DNA from: Gemmatimonadaceae bacterium
Lineage (GTDB): Bacteria; Gemmatimonadota; Gemmatimonadetes; Gemmatimonadales; Gemmatimonadaceae
Reading direction: 5' to 3'
DNA length: 40,567 nucleotides
NCBI GenBank assembly: GCA_033763905.1
Contig: JANRJP010000139.1
Location: forward strand, 1-40,567
A program made the position numbers and the translations under genes. The notes under the pieces were generated by a model. It was not told where the DNA came from, made no database searches, and was given only the letters and a program-made list of their open reading frames with translations. Positions 27,346 to 36,596 of this stretch are shown piece after piece. Position 1 is the stretch's first letter. The number at the start of each line of letters is the position of its first letter.

Positions 27346-27376
27346 GCGACGGCGCCCAGCGCCGCCGCTCGCTCAG
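27342..27376. terminator. Hairpin between convergent pilin and Omp85 genes
   Basis: CTGAGCGA pairs with TCGCTCAG; inner CGGCGC/GCGCCG. Confidence 0.5.
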
Positions 27377-28542
27377 AACGCTTCGCCGACGGTGATGTAC
27401 CAGCCGCGACTGCCGTTCTCGCCCACGCCGTAGTCGACGCGAAACGCCAAGCCCGTTTGTGGATTGAGAATCAAGCGCACGCCACCACCACCGGCGCGTC
27501 GGTACGTGGCGTACCGGAGCGTCGTGAGATCGGGGCCGACCGCGCCCGCCGCCCCGAAGAGCGTGACGCCAACCAGCTCGCGAAACGGCCCGAGCCGCAG
27601 CTCGCCCTGCGCCAACGCCAGCGACTCGCCGCGGAAACGGCCAGCGAAGTAGCCGCGGAGCAAGTCGGCGCCGCCGAGCGATGGCAGCCGTTCGAAGGGC
27701 GCGGTGCCTGCGACGTGCTCGCCGCGTGCCTGCACCGCCATCGTCGCAAACGACGCGAGCGGCACGTACTCCCGCACGTCCACCAGATATCGGACGAACC
27801 CGAACTCGCTGCCGAGCGCCCGTGGGCTCTGGGTGGCCGCGAGCGTGAACACGCTCCCGTGTCGCGGGCCGTACACCCGGTCTCGCGTATCGCGCGTGCC
27901 CTGCACGCCGAGCGTCAGGAGATGCCATCCGTCGCGTTCAGGACGCAACCGGATCGTCCCGGACGTATCGAGGTCACTCAGTGCGGTGTAGTCACCGCCG
28001 GCGCGCACGCCGAGATACCAGCCGCGCTTCACCGCGCGCTGCACCGTGACCGACCCACGCACCGTCGTGGGCGTGTACTTCTCGCCCGTGGACGGCGTCG
28101 CCAGCCCGAGCCCGAAGTAGCGGTTTGGGAATCGCACGAAGGACAGGTCGCTCTCGACGCGCAGCTTGTTGTCGCGCGTCCACGCGTCGACGCTGCCCGC
28201 CAGCACGAACTGACCGTTCTGTGTCACGAGAATATTGGCGCCGTAGGCATCCGGGCGCTGACCGAAGCGCCGTTCTTCGGTGATGGCCAGCACGCCGAGC
28301 CCCACCGCCAAGCGCGTCTCGGGGGCGTAGGTGATGCCGGGCGCAATCAGCGGTGCGCCCAAGCGTGAATCGGGCACTCGCGCGGCACGCGCCACCGAAT
28401 CGGCGCGCAGCGAATCCTGCAGCGTGACCGGCGCGGTCGACTGCTGTGCCACGAGCGGCGCAGCAACGCCGAGCAGTGCGGTGAGCAATGCGGTGAGCGC
28501 GTGGCGAACAGACGCCGCGCGCACGCCGATCAGCCGTGCCAC
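27373..28542 (-). CDS. Omp85 (BamA/TamA-type) beta-barrel protein without POTRA domains
   Basis: Signal peptide, PGITYAPET, DTRDRVYGPRHG, LGGADLLRGYFAGRFRG, RVDYG, terminal GEAF. Start GTG 28542 or 28524. Confidence 0.85.
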   Translation of the reverse strand: MARLIGVRAASVRHALTALLTALLGVAAPLVAQQSTAPVTLQDSLRADSVARAARVPDSRLGAPLIAPGITYAPETRLAVGLGVLAITEERRFGQRPDAYGANILVTQNGQFVLAGSVDAWTRDNKLRVESDLSFVRFPNRYFGLGLATPSTGEKYTPTTVRGSVTVQRAVKRGWYLGVRAGGDYTALSDLDTSGTIRLRPERDGWHLLTLGVQGTRDTRDRVYGPRHGSVFTLAATQSPRALGSEFGFVRYLVDVREYVPLASFATMAVQARGEHVAGTAPFERLPSLGGADLLRGYFAGRFRGESLALAQGELRLGPFRELVGVTLFGAAGAVGPDLTTLRYATYRRAGGGGVRLILNPQTGLAFRVDYGVGENGSRGWYITVGEAF

Positions 28543-30671
28543 CGTCCCCCCTGTCGCGCCAACTGCACGAGCGCCTCGCTGGGCGCGAAGCGATCCGGGA
28601 ACCGGCCGTGCAGCTCGGTGAGCGCGTCGGCGACCCGCGTGGTCCCCAAGGCGTCCATATAGCGGAACGGCCCGCCACGGAACGGCGGAAAGCCGATGCC
28701 GAAGACGGCCCCGATGTCGCCATCGCGCGCGCTCCGCAGAATGCCGTCTTCGAGGCATCGCGCGGCCTCGTTGAGCATCGCCAGCGTGCAGCGCTGCACG
28801 ATCTCGTCGTCCGCCACCGCGCGGCGCGTCTGCCCGCCGGGCAGCAGATCGTACACCGTGGTGTCGACCCCCTGCTTCTTGCCCTCGGCGTCGTACACGT
28901 AGAAGCCACGCTTCCCCTTGCGGCCCAGCCGACCGTCCGCGACGACGGCCTGCAGCGTCTGCGATGGCTCCATTCGCGCGCCGAACGCGTCGCGCATGAT
29001 CTTGCCCGACTTGCCGGCGATATCGAGCCCGACTTCGTCGAGGAGCGTGATCGGCCCCACCGGAAAACCGAATTGTACCAGCGCGCGATCGATCGCGTCG
29101 ATCGACGCGCCCTCGTCGAGCAGACGGCCGGCCTCGTTGATGTACGGCGCCAAAATGCGGTTGACGTAGAATCCCGGGCCATCGCGCACGACGATGATCG
29201 TCTTGCCGATGCGTCGGCCGTACTGCACCGCGGTGGTGATCGCATCGGGCGCCGTCTCGGGCGTCACGATCACCTCGAGCAACGGCATCTTCGGCACCGG
29301 CGAGAAGAAGTGCAGGCCGAGGACGCGATCCGGTCGCGCGGCCCCGCGAGCGATCTCGGCGATCGGAATCGTGCTCGTATTGCTCGCGAACACGCCGTGC
29401 GGCGGCAGCAAGGGTTCGACCTCGGCCAGCACGGCGTGCTTCACCGCGAGATCCTCGAACACCGCCTCGACGACCAGGGGCACGCCGCGGAAGCCCGCGT
29501 AGGATGTGGTGCCCTGCACCAGCGCCAGACGGTCTTCGTACTGCTGTCGCGTGATCGCCTTGCGCGTCAAGCGTTCCTTGAGGACATCCCGCACACTCCG
29601 CAGCCCGGCGAGTACGCGGTCGTGCGCCGCATCCTTGAAGGCGACGCCAATGCCCGCCTGCGCCGTGATCGCGGCAATCCCGGCGCCCATGAAGCCCGTG
29701 CCAAGGATGCCCACACGCGACACCGGGTGCGGCGCTGGCGCGGTACCCGATACCCCGGGATCCTTTTTCATTGCCGTCGTCGCGAAGAAAATCGACGACA
29801 GGGCTTTGGCCACGCTGGTCTGCGTGAGTTGACCGAAGCGGCGCGCCTCCTCGGCGTAGCCCTTCTCGCGCGATTCGTAGCCGGCCGCGACGGCTTCGAG
29901 GATCTCGAGCGGCGCCGGGTAGTGCCCGTGCGTCTTCTTCAACACCTGCTCGCGCGCTTGGCGGAACACCACGGCGCGACCGATCGGATTGGACTCGAGC
30001 ACGGTCGCGGTCGCGCCGCGGCCGCCGTGGCCCACCGTGCGAGGGCGCGTGCCAGCCGCCAGTTCGCGGGCGCGCTGCACGGCAACGGCGCGGAGCACGG
30101 CGGGATGCACCGCTTCGTCCACCAGGCCGATCGTGCGCGCCTTCTTCGCCTTGACCGTCTTGCCCGCCAGCATCAGGTCCAATGCCGTCGCGAGGCCCAC
30201 GAGCGCCGGCATGCGCTGCGTGCCGCCACCGCCGGGCAACAGGCCCAGCTGCACCTCCGGCAGGCCCAGCACCGTCTTGGAATGGTCGGTCGCGATGCGA
30301 TACGCACACGCCATCGCCAGTTCGAGGCCGCCCCCCAGACACGCGCCGTGAATCGCGGCGACCACCGGTGCCTTGCTCCGCTCGAGCCGATCGAGCATCG
30401 CGTGCCCCGCGCGCGACAATCGCTCGGCGTCCGCCGCCGAGCTGATGGTGGCCAGTTCCTCAGCGTCGGCGCCGGCGATGAACGAGTCCGACTTGCCGCT
30501 GATCAGCACGACCCCGCGCACGCTGCCATCGCGCTGCAGCGCGTCGAGCACCGACGGAAACGCCTCGCGCACGGCCTTCGTGAAGATGTTGACCGGGCTG
30601 CCCGGCAGATCAAACGTGACGACGGCAATCCCGTCGTCGTGCGCAATCGAGAAGATCGGCTGGTCGCTCAC
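28530..30671 (-). CDS. fadJ: Fatty acid oxidation complex alpha subunit
   Basis: FIAGAD, CLGGGLE, LGLPEVQLGLLPG, GTGFMGAGIA, EAVFEDL, SNTSTIPI, HFFSPV, GFYVNRIL, GFPPFRGGPF; GTGA overlap with fadI. Confidence 0.95.
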   Translation of the reverse strand: MSDQPIFSIAHDDGIAVVTFDLPGSPVNIFTKAVREAFPSVLDALQRDGSVRGVVLISGKSDSFIAGADAEELATISSAADAERLSRAGHAMLDRLERSKAPVVAAIHGACLGGGLELAMACAYRIATDHSKTVLGLPEVQLGLLPGGGGTQRMPALVGLATALDLMLAGKTVKAKKARTIGLVDEAVHPAVLRAVAVQRARELAAGTRPRTVGHGGRGATATVLESNPIGRAVVFRQAREQVLKKTHGHYPAPLEILEAVAAGYESREKGYAEEARRFGQLTQTSVAKALSSIFFATTAMKKDPGVSGTAPAPHPVSRVGILGTGFMGAGIAAITAQAGIGVAFKDAAHDRVLAGLRSVRDVLKERLTRKAITRQQYEDRLALVQGTTSYAGFRGVPLVVEAVFEDLAVKHAVLAEVEPLLPPHGVFASNTSTIPIAEIARGAARPDRVLGLHFFSPVPKMPLLEVIVTPETAPDAITTAVQYGRRIGKTIIVVRDGPGFYVNRILAPYINEAGRLLDEGASIDAIDRALVQFGFPVGPITLLDEVGLDIAGKSGKIMRDAFGARMEPSQTLQAVVADGRLGRKGKRGFYVYDAEGKKQGVDTTVYDLLPGGQTRRAVADDEIVQRCTLAMLNEAARCLEDGILRSARDGDIGAVFGIGFPPFRGGPFRYMDALGTTRVADALTELHGRFPDRFAPSEALVQLARQGGRWHG

Positions 30672-31969
30672 GCGCGCTCCACGACCATCGCGTGGCCCAA
30701 CCCACCGGCCGCGCAGACAGTCATCAATCCGAACTGCCCGTTCCGACGCTGCAGCTCGCGACACAGCGTCGTGAGCACGCGGGCACCGGTGGCCCCGAAG
30801 GGATGGCCGATCGCGATCGAGCCACCCATCACGTTGAGCTTGGCGCGATCCACCTCGCCGAGCGGTGCGGACATTCCCGCCCGCGCCGCCCACGCGGGCG
30901 ACGCGAGCCCGTGCAGGTTGCTCAGCACCTGCGCCGCGAAGGCTTCGTGCATCTCGACGAGATCCAGATCCGCAAGCGACACACCGGCGCGTTGCATCGC
31001 GATCGGCGCCGCAATCGCCGGCGCTTGCAGCAGTTGCTCGGCCGGGTCCAGCGCGGCGTAGGCGTATGACCGGATGTACGCCATCGGTTGATACCCGAGG
31101 GCTGCCGCCACGTCTTCGCGCATCAGCAGCACCGCCGCGCCGCCGTCGGTCAGCGGCGACGCGTTCGCCGCCGTGACGGTGCCGTACTGTCGGTCGAAGA
31201 CCGGCTTGAGCGCCGCCATCTGTTCGAGCGAGGAATCCTCGCGAATCCCGTTGTCGGCCGTGACGGCGGTGCTGAACTCGGGCCCCACGTAGACTGGGGC
31301 AACTTCGGCGGCGAGACGGCCGTCCTTCCAACCGGCGGCGGCCATCCGGTGCGAGCGGAGCGCGAACTGGTCCTGCGCCTCCCGGGTGATGCCGTTGAGC
31401 TTAGCCATCGTGTCGGCCGACTGCCCCATCGTTTCGCCGGTCGTCGGCTCGGCAATGGCGGGCGTGACCGGAATCAGGTCTTTCGGTCGCAACTGGGCCA
31501 GCGTCTTGACGCGCTGCATCGTGCTCTTGGCGCGCGAGGCGGCGACGAGGGCATCGGAGAATCCGCGCGAATGCAGAATCGGCACATTCGAGAGCGACTC
31601 CGCACCGCCGGCGACCGCGATCGTGCGGTGCCCCAGCACGATCTGGTCGGCCGCATCGGTGATCGCCTGATTCGCCGACGCGCAGGCTCGGCTCACCGAG
31701 AAGGCATCCAGTGTCTTGGGGAAGCGCGGATGCAATGCGACTTCGCGCGCGATGTTCGGCGCCAGCACATTCGGCACCACCGTGCCGAAGACCAGCAGAT
31801 CCACCGCGGCGGGATCGATCGCCGAACGGGACAGCAGTTCGGCTACGGCGAGCTTGCCGAGCTCGATCGCCGAGAGGCGCTTGAACGCCGTGCCGGCGCG
31901 CACGAACGGGGTGCGTACCCCATCGACGACCGCCACGCGGCGGCCTGGAGTTCCGTAACGGTCGCTCAT
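30668..31969 (-). CDS. fadI: Acetyl-CoA C-acyltransferase (3-ketoacyl-CoA thiolase)
   Basis: GVRTPF, PNIARE, SRACAS, NASPLTDG, MHEAFAAQ, GHPFGATG, VCAAGG. Confidence 0.95.
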   Translation of the reverse strand: MSDRYGTPGRRVAVVDGVRTPFVRAGTAFKRLSAIELGKLAVAELLSRSAIDPAAVDLLVFGTVVPNVLAPNIAREVALHPRFPKTLDAFSVSRACASANQAITDAADQIVLGHRTIAVAGGAESLSNVPILHSRGFSDALVAASRAKSTMQRVKTLAQLRPKDLIPVTPAIAEPTTGETMGQSADTMAKLNGITREAQDQFALRSHRMAAAGWKDGRLAAEVAPVYVGPEFSTAVTADNGIREDSSLEQMAALKPVFDRQYGTVTAANASPLTDGGAAVLLMREDVAAALGYQPMAYIRSYAYAALDPAEQLLQAPAIAAPIAMQRAGVSLADLDLVEMHEAFAAQVLSNLHGLASPAWAARAGMSAPLGEVDRAKLNVMGGSIAIGHPFGATGARVLTTLCRELQRRNGQFGLMTVCAAGGLGHAMVVERA

Positions 31970-32030
31970 AGGTCGAAAGTTAGCCATCGGCGCGAGTAGC
32001 GGACGTGGCCCGACGAGGTAGGTTCGAGAA

Positions 32031-33692
32031 ATGACCACGCTGCACAGGGCGACTCGCTGGCATCGGCTGGAGACGGAGCCGTTTGACCTGCTGGTGGTCG
32101 GCGGCGGCATCAACGGCGCCGGCATCGCCCGCGACGCCGCGCGGCGCGGGCTGGCGACGGCCCTGGTCGAGGCGCGCGACTTCGCCTCGGGCACGTCCAG
32201 CCGATCCTCGCGCCTTGTGCACGGCGGGGTCCGCTATCTCGAGCACGGGTGGCTGCATCTCGTGTTCGAAGCCAGCCGCGAGCGACGCACCTTGCTCGAG
32301 ATCGCGCCCCACTTGGTCCGGCCGCTCGCCTTCACGTGGCCCGTGTATCGCGGGGCGCGGGTCCCCCGCTGGAAGCTGGGCGCGGGCCTGATGCTCTACG
32401 ATCTCCTGGCCCTCTTCCGGAACGTCGCCAACCACGACCGGCTCGACGCGCACGAGCTTCGGGCCCTCGAGCCCGCGCTGCGGAGCGACGCGCTGACCGG
32501 TGGCGCCCGGTACTTCGACGCCCAGACCAGCGACACGAGGCTCACGCTGGCCAATGCGCTCGACGCCGAGGCCGCTGGCGCCGTGGTGTTGAATCACGCC
32601 GCCGTGTCCGCCCTGCGGCACGACGCCGGTCGCGTCGTCGGCGCCGAGGTCGTCGACGAGCAGTCCGGCACTCGAACGACCGTGCGCGCCCGCGTCGTGG
32701 TGAACGCCGCCGGCCCGTGGAGCGACGCCGTGCGTCGGCTCGACGATGCCCGCGTGACAGCTGGTGTTCGCGGCACGAAGGGCGTGCACCTGATGCTCGA
32801 TCGCACGCGCGTCGGCAATCGTGGCGCGCTCACGCTGCTCTCCCCGCTCGACGGTCGCGTGATGTTCATCCTGCCGTGGGGGCGGTTCACGATCATCGGG
32901 ACCACCGATACCTACGACGACGCTCCGCCCGATGCGGTCCGCGCCGAGCCGCAGGATGTCGCGTATCTCCTGGAGACCGCGAACCACTTCTTCCCCGCCG
33001 CTCATCTGACGGCGGCCGACGTCATCAGCAGTTGGGCGGGGCTGCGTCCGCTCGTGGCCTCGGCATCGCAAGGCGCGCCGTCCAATGCGTCGCGCGAGCA
33101 CGAGCTGGTGCACGCGGCCTCGGGGCTGCTCTCGATCACCGGGGGCAAGCTGACGACCTACCGCTCGATGTCGGAAGAAGTGGTGAACGCCGTCGAAGTC
33201 GCGCTCGGGCGCAGCCCCTCACCGAGTACGACCGCGAGCCAGCCCCTACCCGGGGGCGACTTCACCGATCTGGCGGCCGAAGAAGCGGCGGCCAGCGCCG
33301 CAGCCGGCGACGCCGAGACCGGCGCGCATTGGGTGGCGGCCTACGGCACCGCGTGGCGTCGCGTGGCCGCGCTTGTGGCCGAACACCCGACACTCGCCGA
33401 CCGACTGGCGCCGCCCCTGCCGTACCGAGCGGCCGAAGTCATCTATGCTGCGCGGCAGGAGCACGCGGTCACGGTGGGCGACATCCTGATGCGCCGTGTC
33501 CCGATCGCCTTCGAACTGGCCGATCAGGGCGCCTCGGTGGCGCCGCGCATTGCCGCGCTGCTCGGGGAAACGCTGGGGTGGTCCCCCGAAGCACAGCGCG
33601 CCGCCGTCGATGCGTATGCGATCGAGGCGGCGCGGGTGTTCGCGCTGGAGGTCGCGCCGCTCGCCGGCGTGTCGAGCGGCAGTGCGATGTAG
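32031..33692 (+). CDS. glpD: Glycerol-3-phosphate dehydrogenase (FAD-dependent)
   Basis: VGGGINGAGIARDAA, DFASGTSSRSSRLVHGGVRYLE, NAAGPW, KGVHL, IGTTD, AGLRPL, GGKLTTYR. Confidence 0.93.
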   Translation: MTTLHRATRWHRLETEPFDLLVVGGGINGAGIARDAARRGLATALVEARDFASGTSSRSSRLVHGGVRYLEHGWLHLVFEASRERRTLLEIAPHLVRPLAFTWPVYRGARVPRWKLGAGLMLYDLLALFRNVANHDRLDAHELRALEPALRSDALTGGARYFDAQTSDTRLTLANALDAEAAGAVVLNHAAVSALRHDAGRVVGAEVVDEQSGTRTTVRARVVVNAAGPWSDAVRRLDDARVTAGVRGTKGVHLMLDRTRVGNRGALTLLSPLDGRVMFILPWGRFTIIGTTDTYDDAPPDAVRAEPQDVAYLLETANHFFPAAHLTAADVISSWAGLRPLVASASQGAPSNASREHELVHAASGLLSITGGKLTTYRSMSEEVVNAVEVALGRSPSPSTTASQPLPGGDFTDLAAEEAAASAAAGDAETGAHWVAAYGTAWRRVAALVAEHPTLADRLAPPLPYRAAEVIYAARQEHAVTVGDILMRRVPIAFELADQGASVAPRIAALLGETLGWSPEAQRAAVDAYAIEAARVFALEVAPLAGVSSGSAM

Positions 33693-33695
33693 GGC

Positions 33696-34172
33696 TTACT
33701 CGCTGACCAGATCGTGAATGGTCTTGAGTTCCGTCACGGTCAGTCGACGAACCTTGGTCGGCAGCTTGAGGATGACCTCTTCGCCGACGCCCTTCCCCAG
33801 CAGTGCACGCCCGATCGGTGAACTCATCGTCACGTGGCCGTCCTGCAGTTCGAGCGCGTCACCGAAGACCAGTTCATAGGTCTCGGCCGGCCCACCGGCC
33901 TGGTCCTTGACCACTACGCGGGAACCCAGACCCACCTTGTCGGGCGGAATCTGCGAGAGATCGATCGACGAGAGCTTGGTCAGCCGCTGATGCAGCTGAC
34001 CGATGCGCGCTTGGACGAACTGCTGGCGCTCCAGCGCCGCCTTGTACTCGGAGTTTTCGCGAAGATCGCCGAGCTCCACCGCTTTGCGGATCTCGTTCGG
34101 AATGACGACGTTGAGTTCGTGCTGAAGCTTCGAGACTTCCTCGGTGAGCTTCGCCTTCAGTTCATCGAGCAT
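33696..34172 (-). CDS. greA: Transcription elongation factor GreA
   Basis: AVELGDLRENSEYKAA with both acidic residues; SSPIGRALLGK. Confidence 0.92.
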   Translation of the reverse strand: MLDELKAKLTEEVSKLQHELNVVIPNEIRKAVELGDLRENSEYKAALERQQFVQARIGQLHQRLTKLSSIDLSQIPPDKVGLGSRVVVKDQAGGPAETYELVFGDALELQDGHVTMSSPIGRALLGKGVGEEVILKLPTKVRRLTVTELKTIHDLVSE

Positions 34173-34191
34173 CTGCTGCTACCGTCCGGGG

Positions 34192-34234
34192 AAAAACAAA
34201 ACGGCCGCCCGGCGGTGTCGTGCCCGAGCGTCCG
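34192..34234 (-). terminator. Intrinsic-terminator-like element in the greA 5' leader
   Basis: Minus strand: CGGACGCTCGG...CCGGGCGGCCG imperfect stem, then TTTTGTTTTT, ending 19 nt before the greA ATG. Confidence 0.6.
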
Positions 34235-34246
34235 ATCAATGAGAAA

Positions 34247-34275
34247 AGGGTAGGGTGTTCCGGCTCGGCGGGCAA
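34247..34275 (-). promoter_or_regulatory. Sigma70-type promoter for greA
   Basis: Minus strand TTGCCC-N17-TACCCT. Confidence 0.55.
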
Positions 34276-34277
34276 GA

Positions 34278-34312
34278 GCAGGGGCGCCGCGGCGCTACCG
34301 CCGAGCCCCTGC
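34278..34312 (-). terminator. Hairpin downstream of the DHS-like gene
   Basis: GCAGGGG pairs with CCCCTGC around a GC-rich inner stem, 17 nt after the stop. Confidence 0.5.
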
Positions 34313-34329
34313 CCCGCCGTCGGACGCGC

Positions 34330-35589
34330 TTACTTGTTGGCCAGATCGAACTCGCGCTTGAGGACGGCCAAGTTCGCTTCGCGCTTGTCGTACAGCCGCT
34401 TGAGCGGGCGCTTCTTGCGCTTCGCAAAGGCGTAGGCCGTCAGTAGCGGCACGATGATCGTCGAATCGCCGTAGCACACCACGGCATCGGGCAAGCGATC
34501 GGGGTCGATCTTGCCCCAGCTCACCGCTTCGGCCGGCGTCGCCCCCGACAGGCCACCCGTATCCGGCCGTGCGTCGGTGATCTGCAGGAAGAAGTCGTGC
34601 CCCTTCTCGTCGATGCCGAGAACTTCCTGAATCTGCGGTTCGGTCTGCAGCGCGAAGTTCTTCGGGCTGCCGCCACCGAAGATCATCACCGCGCTCGCGC
34701 CGCCGCTGCGCTTGGCGCCAAGCACGATGCTCGCGGTCTCGTTCACATCGCGATTCGGGTCGATCAGGCAGGTCCCGCCCTCGAGCGCGAGCGCCGCCAC
34801 GTTCATCCCGATGCTGGAATCGCCCGGCGACGACGTGTAGATCGGCACGCCGCACTTGTATGCGGCCGAGAGCAGCGACTTCTGGCCGATCCCGAGCTTG
34901 CGCTCGCGCTCGGCGACGTACTTGCCGCAGAGGTAGTGGAACTCGGCGCTCGACATCGGGCGCTGGAACTCCGGCTGCCGAATCACCTGCCGGAAGAACG
35001 CGTCGGTCGACAGCAGCACGTCGTAATCGAAGAAAATGTCGTAGATGCGCACGACGCCTTCTTCGCGCAGGACGACATCGCTCGCTTGCGGGTTGCCGCG
35101 ATGCATCGCGAGCCCCAAGCCGAAGTGCGTGTCGTGGTACAGGTTCGCGCCGGTCGAAATGATCCAGTCGACGAAGCCCGCTTCGATGAGCGGAATCAAC
35201 GCCGACATCCCGAGGCCCGCCGGCGTCAGTGCGCCGGTGAGCGTGAGACCGACCGTGACGTCCTTCGCCAGCATCTTCTCGCTGAAGAGCTGACACGCTT
35301 CACGGAGCCGTCCGCCGTTGTAGGCGAGGTACGCGTTGTCGATCAGCTCGGCGACCGTTTCCGTTCCCGAAATCGGGTTCGGGTTGATGCGCGTCCCGCG
35401 GAGGAAGCGACTCTGCGCGGTGGTCGCGACCTTGTGCCCCTTCTGCTCGCGCGCTTCGGCGAGCTTCTTCTGCGACGACTTGTTGCCCGCGGCACTCGCC
35501 CGCGGTGCCGCCTTGCCGTTGCCGTGCCGGCTGGCCTTGAACCCGCCGCGCTCGCGGCTACTCGCCGTCGCCTTCTTCTTGGACGCCAT
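34330..35589 (-). CDS. Deoxyhypusine synthase-like protein (probable homospermidine/polyamine biosynthesis)
   Basis: [55 protein letters not shown] with the catalytic Lys, GDSTI. Confidence 0.92.
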   Translation of the reverse strand: MASKKKATASSRERGGFKASRHGNGKAAPRASAAGNKSSQKKLAEAREQKGHKVATTAQSRFLRGTRINPNPISGTETVAELIDNAYLAYNGGRLREACQLFSEKMLAKDVTVGLTLTGALTPAGLGMSALIPLIEAGFVDWIISTGANLYHDTHFGLGLAMHRGNPQASDVVLREEGVVRIYDIFFDYDVLLSTDAFFRQVIRQPEFQRPMSSAEFHYLCGKYVAERERKLGIGQKSLLSAAYKCGVPIYTSSPGDSSIGMNVAALALEGGTCLIDPNRDVNETASIVLGAKRSGGASAVMIFGGGSPKNFALQTEPQIQEVLGIDEKGHDFFLQITDARPDTGGLSGATPAEAVSWGKIDPDRLPDAVVCYGDSTIIVPLLTAYAFAKRKKRPLKRLYDKREANLAVLKREFDLANK

Positions 35590-35622
35590 TCGTCGGAACT
35601 CGATGCAATGAGGAAATGAGAG

Positions 35623-36549
35623 TCAGCGCGCGTGATCGGCCTGCTGCGCCTTGTACGCGGCAATGACCGCGTCCGCCGCTTCGCGCGGGTCATCGGTCAC
35701 CAGCATCAAGTCGAGATCGCCGGGCGAAATCTTGCGTTCGCCAAGGACCCGCGCCTGCAGCCAGCGCACCAGACCTGCCCAGTAGTGACGCCCGAACAGC
35801 ACCACCGGGAACTGCGAGATCTTCCCGGTCTGAATTAGCGTCAGCGCTTCGAACAACTCGTCGAGCGTGCCGAAGCCGCCGGGGAAGATGATGAACCCGA
35901 TCGAGTACTTGATGAACATCGTCTTGCGGACGAAGAAGTACCGGAAGTTCACCAGCGTATCGACATAGGGGTTCGCCCCCTGCTCGAACGGCAACTCGAT
36001 GTTGCAGCCCACCGAATGGCCGCCGCCCTGCTTGGCTCCGCGGTTGGCCGCCTCCATAATGCCCGGCCCCGCCCCGGTGATGATGCTGAAGCCGGCCTCG
36101 GCCAGCAGTCGCGCCACTTCCTGCGCCGCGGCGTACTGGGGATCATCCGGCCCGGTGCGCGCCGAACCGAAGATCGTCACGCCCTTGTCGATGCCCGCGA
36201 GCGTGTCGAAGCCTTCGATGAACTCCGACTGAATGCGCATCACGCGCCACGGATCGGTGGTGCGGAAATCGCCGCCCAGCCCGGGCTGCTGCAGCAGCTT
36301 CGCGTCTTCGGTGAGCGGCGGCACGTCGCGGATCGCATCGTCAATCACGACGCGGACCGCTCCGCTCTGCCGCGACTTCGATTGCGCACTGGGCGGCGTG
36401 CGACCGGCGGCCCGGTGGCCGGCTTCGGTGCGCTCCTTGAGCCCCTGCACGGCCGCTTCTGCGGCGTGGGCGAGCATCCCCGGGTCGGCGCGCTTGCCGG
36501 TGACCGACCGGAGGGGCTTGCGGGTGGACTTCTTCGGTGGCTTGGCCAT
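35623..36549 (-). CDS. LOG/SLOG family nucleotide phosphoribohydrolase (TIGR00730-type)
   Basis: FGSAR, TGAGPGIMEAAN, ELPFEQ, FRYFFVRK, PGGFGTLDELFE. Confidence 0.93.
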   Translation of the reverse strand: MAKPPKKSTRKPLRSVTGKRADPGMLAHAAEAAVQGLKERTEAGHRAAGRTPPSAQSKSRQSGAVRVVIDDAIRDVPPLTEDAKLLQQPGLGGDFRTTDPWRVMRIQSEFIEGFDTLAGIDKGVTIFGSARTGPDDPQYAAAQEVARLLAEAGFSIITGAGPGIMEAANRGAKQGGGHSVGCNIELPFEQGANPYVDTLVNFRYFFVRKTMFIKYSIGFIIFPGGFGTLDELFEALTLIQTGKISQFPVVLFGRHYWAGLVRWLQARVLGERKISPGDLDLMLVTDDPREAADAVIAAYKAQQADHAR

Positions 36550-36596
36550 CGCGGGAAACTACCGCGTCCGGGCCCCCGCCGAGAGGGTGCCGCCCG

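Noticed and set aside
27373..30342. 989-aa ORF suggesting a large Omp85 fusion or a frameshift with fadJ
   Set aside because: The first 600 codons overlap intact fadJ in another frame; a signal peptide begins right at the fadJ stop.
34330..35589. True eIF5A hypusination system
   Set aside because: No eIF5A, EF-P or deoxyhypusine hydroxylase gene is in the window; bacterial homologues are better explained by polyamine synthesis.
35623..36549. SLOG-based anti-phage system
   Set aside because: An ordinary TIGR00730-type protein among housekeeping genes, with no TIR, SLATT or nuclease partner.
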